NCBI GenBank assembly: GCA_002633005.1
Contig: NMRA01000414.1
Location: forward strand, 124,001 to 188,000
Direction: 5' to 3'
Length of the DNA stretch: 64,000 bases
DNA from: Phoronis australis
Taxonomy: Eukaryota > Animalia > Phoronida
Part shown: positions 11,810 through 26,400 of the stretch, in pieces
Position numbering within the stretch: position 1 is the first letter of the stretch
Layout of the letters: each line of letters starts with the position of its first letter
Position numbers and translations under genes: made by a program
The notes under the pieces: generated by a model
The model's input: the letters and a program-made list of their open reading frames with translations, nothing else
What the model was told of the DNA's origin: nothing
Database searches by the model: none

Positions 11810-12083
11810 AAAGCAAAACAATAACCAAATTTCGTTCCGACATAAATATTCAAGATGAAATCTCAAAAACACTGTTACAGAGTTCTAAATCATTTAGTTT
11901 TCATTACATGCAACTTTTGAGTTTTTCATGAAAATCATAAAAGTCCAATTTTTGATGGCCCATCATGCAAAAGTGGAAACCGGCTTTTGGAAAACAGTAC
12001 ATGAAGAGTGGTGTCAGAGAGTTTCATATGAATCCAATTGGCCACTTCTGAGATGTTACAAAGTTTGGCAAATTTTGCCTACA
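11810..12083 (-). repeat. Dispersed repeat family A, partial copy
   Basis: Reverse-complement similarity to 18979-19459 and 41534-42050 (tgtagg...catctcagaagtg...atatgaaact). Confidence 0.65.
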
Positions 12084-12826
12084 TGAACTTAATTATAACA
12101 TTGACTATAGTACATAAAGATCGCCAACTCCATATATTTTCAATGGATGAAATCTGTGATCTTACGCATAAGCCATGATGTCACTATTCACTATCGACAC
12201 CTGGCAGACATAGCATATTTTACCTCCGGCAAGCACGCCGTCTGCTAATCATGGTCAGCTGTTGTGTGGTCGGGTGCTAAAAGTATTTACGATACTCAGA
12301 ATTCCACCATTGGAAGACTTTCAACAGCGTTTCAATGCCGAAATTTTTTTTTTTCGTTGTACTGAACAGTAAAAAAGATGCAAGAATTTCCCATTACGAT
12401 ACACCAACCGGAAGCTGAGTTTGCTATGTTCAGAGGGTGGCGCCTCCTTTAGGATATTACGTACGAAAATGTCGGAGTTGCGTATATGTTGTCTATAACT
12501 TATGATTATAGTAAATCCTTCAAGCAATGTAAACCATGAGCTTTGTCTGATAAGACAGTTATGTACTACGATGACCATCTTGTCTGATAATAAGTGACTG
12601 TACAATCTGCATGGTGACAGAGTGGTCACCAGTATCCAGTGAGATCTTTTTTCCCAGGCAGTAGTCTGCATTTTAGTCAGTACAATCCATTTTTTCATCT
12701 TCAAAGCCTGAGCCTGTAAGCATGACTCAGGTGGATGCACAAGACATTTAACAGCAAGTACATTACTATGAACACATCCTCAAATGTATGGTAAACATTT
12801 TTGGTGACCTCTTCAGAACCCCCTAC

Positions 12827-13049
12827 CTCTATTACATATGAAAGACAACTGTAGTTGTGAGTGCACGTGTCGTGTTTTGGCCCGGACTGTATCAGTTTTA
12901 CAATACGGTACAGCCAGCTCGGCCATTTTGGAGGTCTTGAGAGGAGTGGACGGTATGTGCTGTCCTCTGTTGACTGTAGAGGGAACTCGTTGGGACCAAC
13001 CAAGAACTTCAGGCCCGAGAGCACAGACTTGTCCAAACCATGGGGAAGT
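12827..13049 (-). CDS. TMEM135: TMEM135 exon 7 (LPHGLDKSVLSGLKFLVGPNE...GPKHDTCTHNYSCLSYVIE)
   Basis: 223 nt, ttttcag / gtaggg, phase 2-0. Matches SALRFIVG.EE and GPRH..C.H...C.SY.I. Confidence 0.95.
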
Positions 13050-14909
13050 CTGAAAAATGTAAAATGAACTTCACAGTGACAGTTTCCACAATGCTCATGA
13101 TGACTTCTCTTTATCTTTACATGATCAGAATTGTTGATTTTTATGAAGAATATAATGGAAATGTTAGCTGTCATCGTAAGGCACAAGAGAGAAAATGTCA
13201 TCGAAACACAAAAGTCCATAAGTAACAATCAAATCCATTTCAAACAGCCCAACTGAATTTGAAGGAAACCGGCACAGCCAAGCAGTTAGTGACCTCTGGT
13301 GGCAAACCTAATCCCCACACAACAGTGGGTTGGATTTTCCTCTTGCTATAAAGACAAGTCGATGGAAATCATTTTTCATAATGTGCTACAGGAGAAAACA
13401 CAGAGTGGGGTTAACTACATGACCGCCCATGTGCAATCTGTCAGTCTGGATAAGAAGTGTCCCATTTTACATGCACTAGTAATATCCTCAGACCATAAAT
13501 CTGTCACACAAACATGAAATAATCAATTTTCAGCAACCAGGCAGAGAAGACAAACTCCACATGGATACGATATGATAGGCAGGCAAACTACATGAGTTGG
13601 GAGTACCTATGTTAAAGTAAAATATTTCGATTGAGAAGTAGGAAAACCTGACTACAACTCGATTTTCATACAACAAATAGCAGACATGTAAAACAATAAG
13701 TTTATTAGCAGTAGAAATAGACTCAATACCTAAGAGTTGTAAAATTCAATAAAGGATACCGTATTACAAAAATTACACACTCATCCAATATTAGTTTGTA
13801 AATTGCCTTAAAAACAACATTTCATTTCATAAACCGTTTTTGTAAATTTTTATTAAAAGTACAGGATATATTACACCGGCTCCAAATCAATCATGAATCA
13901 AACAGACAATAGATGCGCGCAGCCAATACCACCTTCACATGAGAAATTTTCATAAGTAGGTGGATAGGACGTCTGACCAGAAGCCAGAGCAGATTTTAAA
14001 ACGAGCGTTCACACAGGCGTCCTAACTGCAGTGTTACAAGTAATTAGCAAAACGTTAATGTGCAAAATGCTAATATTCTGTTTAAACATGTGTGACCACC
14101 ATGGGCGAGCAGAGCCTAATTGCATCATTGGAATGATGGAAACGCACAGTACGTAGGCAGATAAGTTGGTTGATTCAGGGGCGAACAACAACGTAGATCA
14201 TGCCTCTGACAAGCATTCACATGAGAATTTTTTTCAGGCAGCAAAATAGAAGTTTGTTCACCTTCATCTATCAATATACGCATGCTGTGCTGATACATAC
14301 TTTATGAAGAAATGAGAAAAACAGAGTGATAGTAACAGAAAGATGTCCAAGACTGCAAAATGAGTTGATAAGTCCAGCAAAAACGTCTATGAAATATTAG
14401 TAACTTAGTTCACAGACGGTTCATGTGGGACGTAGCGCTCACTCAGATGGATTCTTCAATGACAGGTTATACACGAAAGTGTGCCTTTTCCATTGGAATT
14501 CCCTTAAAAGGGTGCTCGTTTAGATCTAATTACATACATTTTTTACCATGTTAAATGCTGCTGGAAAATTAGGATACACATCCAATGATCCAATTAAAGA
14601 GTGGAATTGAAAAGGGACCCAGTAGTAGGGAGCATCTGTGAATAAGTCACTCCAGAAACACGTCTAGCCATTTATTTGTATCTCGTCCCATGAAGAGATG
14701 CCATGTTGCCAAAAATGAGAGAAACTTTTGCAACAGCGCTTTAAAGCGTGACTAATATTAAAAAGTGAACATTTTTGTAGGGAATTAATTGGGAAAAGAC
14801 ACCATCTCGTAAGGATTTTTATCCGAAATGCATCCTTTCGAAAAGAAACGGGTTGTGAGAAAGTCACCTACATGAACAGCATATCCCGTACATCTCATCT
14901 ATGGGAGTA

Positions 14910-14936
14910 CCCCCCCCCCCCCCCCCCCCCCCNCCC
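14910..14936. repeat. Poly-C/G homopolymer containing an N
   Basis: Seen directly; similar tracts at 50340-50364 and 54503-54522. Confidence 0.9.
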
Positions 14937-17900
14937 ATCAGCAGACCAACTGCAGCCGACTCAATAGTGGACCTACAGCAATACCGAGCCAATCTTGGCA
15001 TTTGATCCCCAACAACTACAGAGAGCTTTTCGAAAAAGGTACATGCAGGACATGCGCAGACAAAAAATCGTTTCCATACCGCATCAATTCTCAAAAACTA
15101 ATGAGACTACATTCAGATGGTAGTATAGCCTTTGAAACAAATAGATCAGTCACGGCACACTACGTAGTTGTTTGAAATGTAATAGACCAGATGACTTACT
15201 ACTAAGAACTTATGTCCCTAGTTTAATAACAACACAATAGATTGTCCATAGCTAAACGAGTATTGACAAGTTAAAATATAAAACAAAAGGTTTTATAATA
15301 AACAAATTGACCGTAACCCAGATTTCGCAGAGCTGATAAGTTTTTGTGCAACCTATTTATCTAAGACAATGAGAGCCAGCTATCACCTGCGAAGGTGTAA
15401 TTAGTTGATCAAAATATCTATAACTTTGCATAGACAGGTCAATACAGGTGTGACTGATTAATTGATTGTTAATGTAGCTGTCAATCATCAGGTGTCTGCT
15501 GTCACTTAAGATACATAAAGGGTGTCACATTTTGGTAAAAGGCGAGACAATGGAAGTGAATATAAATTTTGAATAACATGCCAAGAATGAAGCCTCTAGC
15601 CAACGTCAGTCCGAAATATTTTGGGGCGTGGTATAAAATACTCAGTATAATCCATTCGCCATTTTAAAAATTGAATTGAATTGAATTAAATTGACGGCTT
15701 TGAAATACAATAAAATTCAGTTGGGAGTACACCACAACAAGCACTTATTAATGAATTTTACCACTGACGTTTATAACACACAAGAACTGAGAATCTCTCA
15801 GTGTTAAACCACAACTCTACTGCTTCAGTATTTTATTGAAAACCGAATCAACAAAAGCTAATTGTGGAAATTAAAGACAAACAACAAGACCTGTCAAGGC
15901 TCCATCACACAATACAGTCTGAGGTATAACCACATGTCAATCAAAATAGGTGAAATCCAAAGCGCACTTGGTAACCCCAAAAGCATTGATTTTTCAACCA
16001 CAAAATTACGGATACCATAAACAGGAACCATATCACAGTAAATAAAGAAAATGACGAAGACCTTAACAAAACACAGGAATGGAAGTTCAATAATGAAACA
16101 ATAAGAATTATTCGGAGAATGAGGAGGCGCATTGACTTTGCCACCTATCTCGACATTTCTGACATTCCCACCAAAAAGCATGGAAAATAATATTCAGGGT
16201 CCTGCTCTATAAGGCAGATGAAGAGCCATGAACAGTGAACTGTCTAAAAATTACTCTCAACTCAAGAAACAAACACATCAATAGTGTGAACATTGGCAAT
16301 GGTGATTTTCAGAGACACTTTAGGAGCACTTAGCGTACGCCTTGGCATATTCGCTACCATATAGTGAGGAAACAAATGACGGACTGCTGACAAATATTAC
16401 CCTTTTTGTACAAAACGTCAGTCTGGCTGAAGTGCTACCAAAAACGGTGTTTTCGTCACTCATGTGACCCTCACATAAAAGAGGCAACAGGCACGTACTA
16501 TTAAGGCCAATCTTTGTAAAGCACTCAAAAGACATATTTCAGGGTCCTCAGCCAAAACCTACATAAGTGGTCAACATACCAAATATTTATTGACGCGAAA
16601 AATTGCAATTCTAAACTTCTAAAGACATACATGTTCTAAACAATGTAGAGCCCCAGAATGAGCCAGAGGGTTTAGCAGCTTGAGGAAAATTTTTCAAGTG
16701 AGTGTTTTCCAGTCAATTTTTAACACCAAATGTCTAAAGTGATGTTTTTATTGCCAAATATGCAAAAAGATAATATCGGTCTATGAAACGGTTTAAAAAC
16801 AGCACTCCTAACCCATCCAGAGTGCATCCCATATCCTGTTGATGCGCCATTAAAATTACAAATTAATGCAGGAGTTAAATGACAAAAACACCTGTGAGTC
16901 AATTCTCAAATGATTCATGACTCTAAAGCATTTCTCAGTTTTACAGGGTGGTAAAAATATCTTCAGACTGAATCTTTTATACAACATTGGGATGCCCCAG
17001 AAAACAATACCTTCGTCTGGAAAGGGGGATACCACTTTCATCCAATTGAACAGTAACACTAATATTATCATGCCACACAACTTATCCTTTTTGTGAAAAA
17101 AAAAAATTGTCATTTTCCTGAATAGCAAAACTCTGATCCATTGCAATTCCATTACAACTTTCTGTGCCTTTCTGATAGACACATCTCCCGTGGCGAAACA
17201 GAATTACGGCCAGTTCTAGGGATTAAACACCAAAGGTTAAAGTTGATTTATAGTCATGACTGAATACGAACCCTGCATGTAGCGACCTCTAGTGATTACT
17301 TCCATAGGAGTGGACTTAACCTTTGCCATTGCAGGGGAGTTGCGCAACTCTGCAGTTTAATTCAATTCGAGAGTTGCAATGGCCGTTTAAAGGGATTTGA
17401 TTGGTTTTACCACCAAATAAGAATTTCAGGATTATTATTCAAAAAATCTATTGCAACAGATTGGTTTACGCTACCCCGTAAATTAATATCCTGTCACCCT
17501 GTAACTTCATGGTGGTTCTTTCCAGAGCAAGAACAAATTTAACAAAATGTTGAAAACATTGAAAATTACTTAGAAAAGACAAATTTTCAGCTGAGAAAAC
17601 ATGGTCGTCTGCTCAAGTGATTTTCCTGTCAGCAAACTAGAGTTGTGATTAAACATTCAGCTAAGAAAATAAGATTCATGGCTCAGACCACAGAGTTAGG
17701 ACCACTCAGTGGAAACACAAAGCAAGAAGATATGACATTGCCCATACTACTGTGTTGGACAATAAAAGTACTTTCCAAGGCCAAGAACTCAAATAAATAA
17801 CAAACAGGTGCAGTATCAACTTTCCAATGAAGATTGTTGATTTAAAAGCAGTTTCCATAGCTTAACTTTATCTAAGATGAAAAAATACACATTTACGTAC

Positions 17901-18978
17901 TTAGCAAAAACACCAGGATGGTGTACCGGTAACTGCAAGGTGTCAACTCACTCGTGCTGTTTCTAAGTACCACAGTTTCTTCCAAGAATAATTTTTTTCA
18001 AGAATTCAACATTATTAGCAATCACAAAATATGTTGAATTCAAAAGTGTGACGAAACGCAATCAAGTTAAATCTATGAATAATACCACTTAAGTCGATTT
18101 ATTTTACATTTTGACTTGTGTAACATACTTGCATGCTAAAAAATAAACCTATTTTAAAAAAATAGTTTTCTAGATAGGCTCAACACTTTGCAGCACCATA
18201 TTCTATGGCCGTTTTTGAGTTACACCAGCAACAATTGTCACGGCGCAACTTGTCACGGCACGAGTTATCACATGGTGAGTTGCTCCGCTGTTTACAGGAC
18301 AATAGCAAACTGAATAAGCAAGAGTCATTTACACGAAGGCTGTCTGTGCATGCTCTCATAAACCATAGTGAACCTCCAAAGGATGAGGAATGCAATCCAA
18401 TTACAAGTGTATAAAAATTACGCTATTGCTCAAGCATAACGAAATGATCCCTTTGACGTTGCCCCTGTTGGCGTTTACACCCATAGTTCATGCTGGAGGA
18501 TTGATTGAGTGCAACTTGCTCTACCTCTCAAACCGGTGTCAAAAATGGCGCCACCGTGTCAATTTGATAGGTGTTACACACATACTTGTCCCCCCCCCAC
18601 CCCCAGCTGTCCATGTCAGCTGCTCCTTGTCAACTGCACCTCATGTAAATAGGACTTCAGTAAAGCAGGAAAAGATATGCTAATTATACAAAGCAGTATA
18701 CAGTAGAGAAAACAACAATCCTTTACATGTAACGGCTTTTAATTTGGGAAATGTAGCAAATAAAAATATTTGAAGATAATATTCTTTATTAGACACCAAG
18801 GCTTTAAATCTATATGTGACAATCATGTTGACAAAAGGAGAAAAATGGTGCGCAATGAACAGAAAACTATATGAAAAACACAAAACTGGAAAGTGTCGAT
18901 GAAAGTCTTGTAATTGAAACCCACTGAGCAGCGATAATATCTTAAAAAAAGACATGTTATATTTCGGTAAAAATAACT

Positions 18979-19459
18979 TGTAGGATCCCTGAATAATGAT
19001 CAAATTTTGCTAACTTCGGGACATCATATCTCAGAAGTGACAGATCAGAGTCGTATGAAACTTTCATACAGCATGCTTTATATACTGCTTTCCAAAACGC
19101 AATTAGGAATTGTTTTCACAAGGACGGACTATCAAAAATATGGCTGTTGACGATTTTCATGAAAAATCTCAACATTTGCTTAAAACGAAAACAGAACGTC
19201 AATTCAGAAGACTGTAATCGCATTTTTGACATTCCATCTTTAACAATTATATCAAATAAAACTTGTTTAGCTATAAATGTACCTTTCGTTTGGTAAATTT
19301 TACTAAAAACACACGTGGTGTGACTGGAGTAATGTCAGACTGGTGCTTAGTCACAAATCAAACTTAACAGGCTTTCTTCTCTCAGTATACCTTTTTATCA
19401 AGTCAAAATCTGTAGTTTGTACATATTTGGCTCCATACCCTGACAGATATGGTCCTACA
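18979..19459 (+). repeat. Dispersed repeat family A, most complete copy (old non-autonomous DNA element)
   Basis: Termini tgtagga...tcctaca. Diverged homologues near 33573, 41534 and (reverse) 12083. Confidence 0.65.
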
Positions 19460-20257
19460 TAAAGAACCGACCACAAACCCCTCTGTACACCAGAACCGCA
19501 AATAGTTCTAGTCAAAGTAGGAAAATAAACTCTCCCAAACAGGAATGCAAGCCATGCCAATGTTTAATGGTTGCAAGATACTTCAACAGGCCATCATCTA
19601 TCATTCACCCAACAATGGGCCATGAAATTAAACTGGGTCTTTTTGTCTGAAAAAATTACATAATATGAGGTGCTTCCTCTGTCAACATCTGAACAGAGAG
19701 GACAGCTGCCAAGTTCGGCCCATTCCAGAGTTAATGAAGGCAAACCATGGTATACCACTTCCATACCAAAAACCTCTGGACACTATAAATAATTTATATC
19801 CATTCCTACTTTTACAAAGAATACCAACGCTTCAAACAACAGAAACCTGAGTAACTATTCGAAGATAAAAAATATCATGCTGCAAAGGCTAAAACCTATC
19901 AAAAAATCATTTGTAAGAAATGAGTTATCTGTGTATGATCCCTTCAATTGCAAAAGTTCAACAAAAAAATTACACAGGTAAGTTATTTCTTCAGAACAAA
20001 ATTGCTTCTCAAAAACTTTGCAGAAAGCAGCAGTTTTCCTGCCATTGGGATAAAAGTAAAGATTGTTAAATAAGACCGAAGATGTTTAGTTTGTAGAATA
20101 AGAGTATTTTTTAAGATATTTCTAACATTTTCAAGGAAATGACTAGAATCCTAAAGAAAAATAATTCCAGTACTTTAAGTTGTACCAGTGTTATTTTTGG
20201 CAATATCTACGTTACCTTACGAGTGTTGAATCTCTCGATGTAATTTTGTGATCCTCA

Positions 20258-20442
20258 CACCAAAATATCAAATCGTACAATGAGGCAATTTACCACTCTT
20301 GTTTTTTTCTTGTTTTTCTTAGTTTTCTCTTCTCATACTGTGGTCGGAATCACCAAAATATCAAATCGTACAATGAGGCAATTTACCACTCTTGTTTTTT
20401 TCTTGTTTTTTTAGTTTTCTCTTGTCATACTGTGGTCGGAAT
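20258..20442. repeat. Tandem duplication, 2 x ~93 bp
   Basis: 20258-20350 and 20351-20442 are near identical (one indel, one substitution). Confidence 0.95.
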
Positions 20443-23400
20443 GGACCTAACAGGTCTTACTTTTTGGCTTAATAAACCCGCTCCAATTTTTTTTTTCATC
20501 AGACTTTGAAGATGTTCATTTTTGAACCAGCGTTGTTACACTTTAAAGCAAGCTAATGACTGATGGTAAAATACACCGCGTACTTGGCCATACAGAGATA
20601 GAAGGTACACATGCATGCTCCTACTAGGTGTTCACTGGTGCAAAACCAACAAACAATGCCCATTTTTTCCAGTCTCAAAGCAAATGGCACACCGACTGAC
20701 CAATGAGAATTCATCGACTTCATGAGCCTCATGCCTTGTGGAAAATACACTGGCAAAATGCATCTGCTTCACCAGAAAGACAGATGTGAAATCGCAAAGT
20801 GTCAGAAGTTGGCGAGTTCATTTACAATATGACAGCGAGAGTGATTCACCACCTGCAACCCTCGGAGGCCAGCTCTGAAAATTTCCCTTCAACCAAGTGC
20901 TATCTGTAAGCTGGAAAATACAATCTTTGCCAAGAATTTTAATATTTTATTTCCAAATTTTCAATCACACAGTTCTGGTTAGTTCTGTCATTGCATTGTA
21001 ACATGCAGGTATACACACAAAAATTAATAACGCAATTTCGTTGTGAAAGGCAGTCCCCAGTAACTCATTTACCAACTCAGAATATTACCATAGTCTTTGT
21101 CAGGTGGACACCATGAAATTTCATGCCAACACCCATAAAGTTGATGGCGTTACCCAGCAAATCAAGATGTCTGTTTTCACATTTTCCCTCTTTTTATGTA
21201 CTCAAATCAGTGATAATAACATGTTCCATTCGTAGCCCCTGAAGTCCCTTAGTTTGCGTCATGGTACTTTTGTGTTATCTAATACCAAAGTTGCCAATCC
21301 AACTGAACGACTTTAGTCCCAATAAAACGTTCAAAACGTCAGATGTCATTCCACAAAATTCTCACTTCTATCACTTTCACAAACTAAAATTTACTGAGGA
21401 GAAACTTTGATAATTTACAAAAATTATTTTTCAAATAATTGAAAACATATTTCAAATATAAAAGAGTAGCCATGCAGCAGACCTGCATTAAAATTAAAGG
21501 CTATATTTCAAAAAAAACAAACAAATATTGATTGAATCAGGCCTTTACACAAATACTCTCAAGAAGTCAGTATCATAATATTCTTTTCCATGATAGGATT
21601 TTATTTCCAACAAAAGTCCCCATTTCCAGTACCGGAAATAGAAATCTATCGCAATTTTGAGATAATTGTTCAAATGAGCCCACATGGTCTTAATAAAAAC
21701 ATCTGAGCTCCATTCAAAAAAGAAACAAAAACTTGTAAAAGCTGGTACTAAAACCTGTCAGATAGCGCCCTCTGTAGTGACAATCCGACTCTTCACCAGT
21801 CCAGGAGTGATGGCCTTGTCAAACATAACTATCTTAACATGTGACGCGTAGAGTGCCCGATAACACGATAACACACATGTCTACATTAAACTTCTATTAA
21901 TCAGTATTTTATCGTGAAACCTCAAACACAAATGTGAAATCTATACGAAAGGATAGTGACAGCCAGTGACCCTGACAACTTGGCAATATATATTGCATAG
22001 AATAACAATACATCCTAGTCATCAAATATCAATTCACAAACTATCGCAAAGTAATATGCTATTGGTCACGTAAGATATGGAAAATCATCAGCAATGAAAG
22101 TGCATCTGTCATCTCTGACCCAGCTGTTGGAGCGCCAGCCACTAGTGCACTAGCCACAGAGTACAGTTCTCAAAATGCTGTCCCAGTGGATTAGTGGTGG
22201 TTGAGTAAATGAACCTCCTTTCATCAAACAGCTCTGAATGAACTGATAGAATCTATGTACACATTAGTAACGCCATCTGGCAGCATCTTGTGTTGTTGTA
22301 TATAAAACCACATTATTCCTCTGCACTAGCAACAAAAATAAAATGGCAGTCATCCAGACATTAATCTTCAGCAATAATGGTTTTGCCTGTCACATGATAG
22401 TAATTTCGATTACAGAATGTTGTATAATTCAAACAAAAGAAGTTTTGACATCAAAAGCCACCGAGCTGAAGGGGTGTGGACTGGGGATTTAAGCTGAGGG
22501 TTCATCAAAGCCGTGAGTCATTAATTACAACAATGTAAATCCATTTTTATGCAAACAGCCTTTCAGAATGATTTATGAAACATACATCTCCCTTATTTTT
22601 GCATACCACCAGGCGTATAGATTCTGCACAGTCACTGAGTTATCATAACACAAGGACAGGGCATACACATCTTTTGATTCGTTACCTAGGAAAAATCATC
22701 AAAGGTTTGGATCACCCAGCTAAAATGAACCCCTGTGGATTAACCTCTACCTCCAGGAGAGAAGAGTTGCCTAGGTACTGGCATTTAATACTTGGCATGC
22801 TACTCTTAACAGCAATAAATAACATTTGTGAAGATAATCGATAATTGATAGGTTTTACTATGACAGAAAATTTCTACAGAGGTCAGAACACGATAACCTT
22901 TGAAACATGAACACACAATATCCAGAGAGACAATCTACCTTCAACAGAATTCACCGAAATCCCGATAGCGTTAAGCTTGAAAAACAACCTTCATCCGTGT
23001 TCTTCTTTCAACCGTTTAACTGTTATCAGTTTTCAAATTATGAAAACATCAAAAAGCTGAGTAAGTGACCACTGGAGAAGATTGGCATCATGTTTTATAA
23101 TTTCACAAAATAATCCTGATCGCTCTCCAACTCAAGGTAGTAATAAAAAGTAATAGCAAGTGATAACACTTCCATTCAACCACCTCCGCCACACAGTTAC
23201 GGTTTATCAAAATGATGAAATGATGACAGGAATAGAATTAATAATAACAATAACAATAATGATAACTGGGTAACAAAATAAATTTCTTCTATATTTTGGT
23301 TAGAACATTAAGAGGCGACTCGAATATTTTCACAGTGATTAATTAAGAGCTAATCTTTCCTCGCATATTTTGATAACAGGGTGGCAAAAATTAATCTTCA

Positions 23401-26400
23401 ATTGCGATTTTCCCACAATGATATTTTTGTGACAAAAAATCTCACACGTCAATTTTAGCTGCCTTGCAACAATAATCAAAAGTTACTTTCAGAAACAACG
23501 GTTAACTTAATGAGATGAGATTAAGGGACACTCCATCTTTCTTAACCTAGAAAATTAAAGTGAAGCTGGTATTTTATAGCAGATATTGGTTTGCGTCTCA
23601 GGGGAAAATGAGATGATCTCCCACCAAGAACACTTACAAACAAGGATGTCCATTCCAACCAGCGTTACGTTCCTGCGCTGTGGGGTGAGCTTCAAGATTT
23701 GGGTGGACGGGAACTGGGGTTACAGCCATGTTGTTATCAGTTTTGACAGGGAAAGGGAGAAAGTTGTCAAACCTAAGTTAACATACCGTAGTTCAGCTCT
23801 TTGTCTGCCTTCATCCTGATAAGCTCATGTAATCTAGCAAGTGTTGTAGACAGTGTGCCTGACTTAAACCGATATTTAAAAAATGCTCCACAACACTCAA
23901 CAAATGTCGTGAAGATGTGTTTTTTATGAAATACTATCACCAAAAAACTTTGAACAGAGAAAAACGGTCGAATTTCGGAGAAATTAGACTTTTTTCCTTT
24001 GTGTGACTGTAAGCTCTGACCCACTTACTACTACAGCATTTTGTACCAACACAATAGGCTTGTGTGTCAAGTTATGATACTAGATCAGATCCTAATGCTG
24101 GAAATTTCATGGCTTTAACAGTTGATGGGAAATGGTACGTAACAAGGAAAATCAGGATTACGTCAAATAAGGGTAGTTGGTTTTGGTCTTTAACCCCTTC
24201 TCACCTCCTCTCCCCCCTCCTCCCGCTCTCAACTCATGTTTAGACATCCGCAAAAAATCCCCAAGGACTGGTGTTTTTAAAAAGCTGAACAAAGGCGTAT
24301 AAGCAAGGGTAGGTAAGGTTTGAAACGTCACCATAGTAAAGAAAATAAAATAAAACAAATCTCGCATCATTTTTGCTCGTCTCTGATGGATTTTTTGTTT
24401 CGAACAGCTATGGCAACATCAAGTAAAGAATCCTGAAAATAAATAACTTTCGTACACACAAATTCTGTGGCGAATTACCATTATTCTGGTTTCCTTGACA
24501 AAAATACAAACTGTCTGTGTCGGTGATGGTTGTTTGAGGGGAACGTGGTTACACTCAATGTCGATCGTGGAGTATCATGGGATGCGCGCGATACTGCAAC
24601 TACGATGGTTGGTTGTTCGAACACAACCTAAAGATGCTGTTCTTCAGTACAATGTGTCAGACTATTAGACTTTTACTTGATGAACTTGTTAATTACTGCG
24701 AACCGGTGATAAATCAGCTATTTCTTCCTGTCTGGTTCTCGCATCAGCAGAGAACGTGACTCAAGCCACAGAACATCACATAACCAGACTGCATATTATG
24801 ACACACTCTGTCACCTGTCAATCATTGTAGCCGATTCCATTGGGAAAATGACGCAAAAATTTTCTTTTAATTTATTTTTGTTCAGGAATCATGACGTCTT
24901 CTGTTCATTGCCAACTGCTTGAAATATAATTACAGAGTCGATGAATACCGTTGACCATGGCTGTTGGAAGGAATCACGGTCTGTCTTACCATTTGTCGTA
25001 GGCCCAGTCAACGACAGTCGTGAGCATATGGCTACCAATGCGATACCGATGTACCGGAGGAAAAATTGCAGCTAACCTAATCTTTGTATGCTCACTCAGC
25101 AACTTTCTTCATAAATCACATAAATAAAATGCCTCCCAATGACGGATCATAGCGTCACAACTGCAATGATTGGACATAGGCCCCTCAGTTGCATCATACA
25201 GATAAACTAACAAATGACCACTCTTCACAGTATATTTCACTGACATAGACATTCTTCATAAACCCCAGAACAGCTACAGACACCCAAAACGAATGCATCA
25301 ATGACACAAACTGCAACCATTTGTATTCCGACAGCATTTTACTAAAGCCATTAGCGGAAGCCATTCATTATAGCTGATCATTTGCACACTACAGGATGAT
25401 CATGGCATGTAATGGCAATCACAGAAAACTCACATTAGTGTCACCATGCCCTCCTCACGACTCACACATAAATCTTTTTGTTTTTGAGATGGCATGCACA
25501 AAATGGAAATGCCAGCTAAAAAGCTTTATTGTTAATAAAAAATAAAACACTTGTTTTATTGCATAAATGGTTACTAAATATGAAATTTTCTACAGAGCAC
25601 AAAGTATCGTTCGCATCACCCAACTTCCAACACTTGTGTCAAATGGACAGGGATGAAACCAAATTTTTTTTCTTTTGTTCACAAACATTTTGAGACATTT
25701 GAATGATTTGATACTTTTATGTGAATTGCCTGAATATGCCAATGCTCAACAGTGGCAATTTGATCATACGATGGTTGCAAAGTTTATAAAAAATGCTGAA
25801 AAATATCCCACTGCATTAAACCGATACAAGAATGCAGAGCGCAGTTCACTGGTTATGTAATCGCCATCTAATGTATTCAAAGTATTTCAGTTGGCAGATG
25901 GTCTTCACAGAACATTTAAAATCATTTTAAAACTACGAAGTAAAATGTTAACTTCTTTACTCCCAGTTTTTCAAATTTGACAAATAAGCTAAACAAGAAC
26001 ATCATCCTAACAAAAATATCACATCCAATTTACTTATTAAAATAAATGTCAACTCTTAGCCTCTGTGTTTTGCTTTTCTCAAGTTCTTGGGGCTTGCCAG
26101 TAGTAATAATAATTACCAGAAGATGGCACTGCAGTGCGCATTCGCTACATTTGTACTCCATTGTATCATATCAGTCAACACATTATGCAAAGGTTCATTT
26201 AGCACTTTAACAGTTTTAAATCAACTTTACGGGACTAATTAACAAAAACAAAGCCTACTTGCTAATGTGGGTTAATCCTGGTGTTTACAAATAATCACCT
26301 GCATTGATTGCCACCTGCCACTACAGCTATAGTCCAGGTGAAATTGGATTCCGTTGCCAGCCCCTTATTCACAGCCTATTGATCTCGGATAGTCGACAAA

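Noticed and set aside
12701-13228. 175-aa ORF as a standalone gene
   Set aside because: Only 12827-13049 is coding (TMEM135 exon 7); the rest is intron that happens to be open.
14301-14352. Exon-like segment on the - strand (ttttgcag ... gtatgt) within intron 6
   Set aside because: 52 nt would shift the frame and shows no similarity to TMEM135; the real exon 6 is at 44339-44385. A poison exon cannot be excluded without RNA data.
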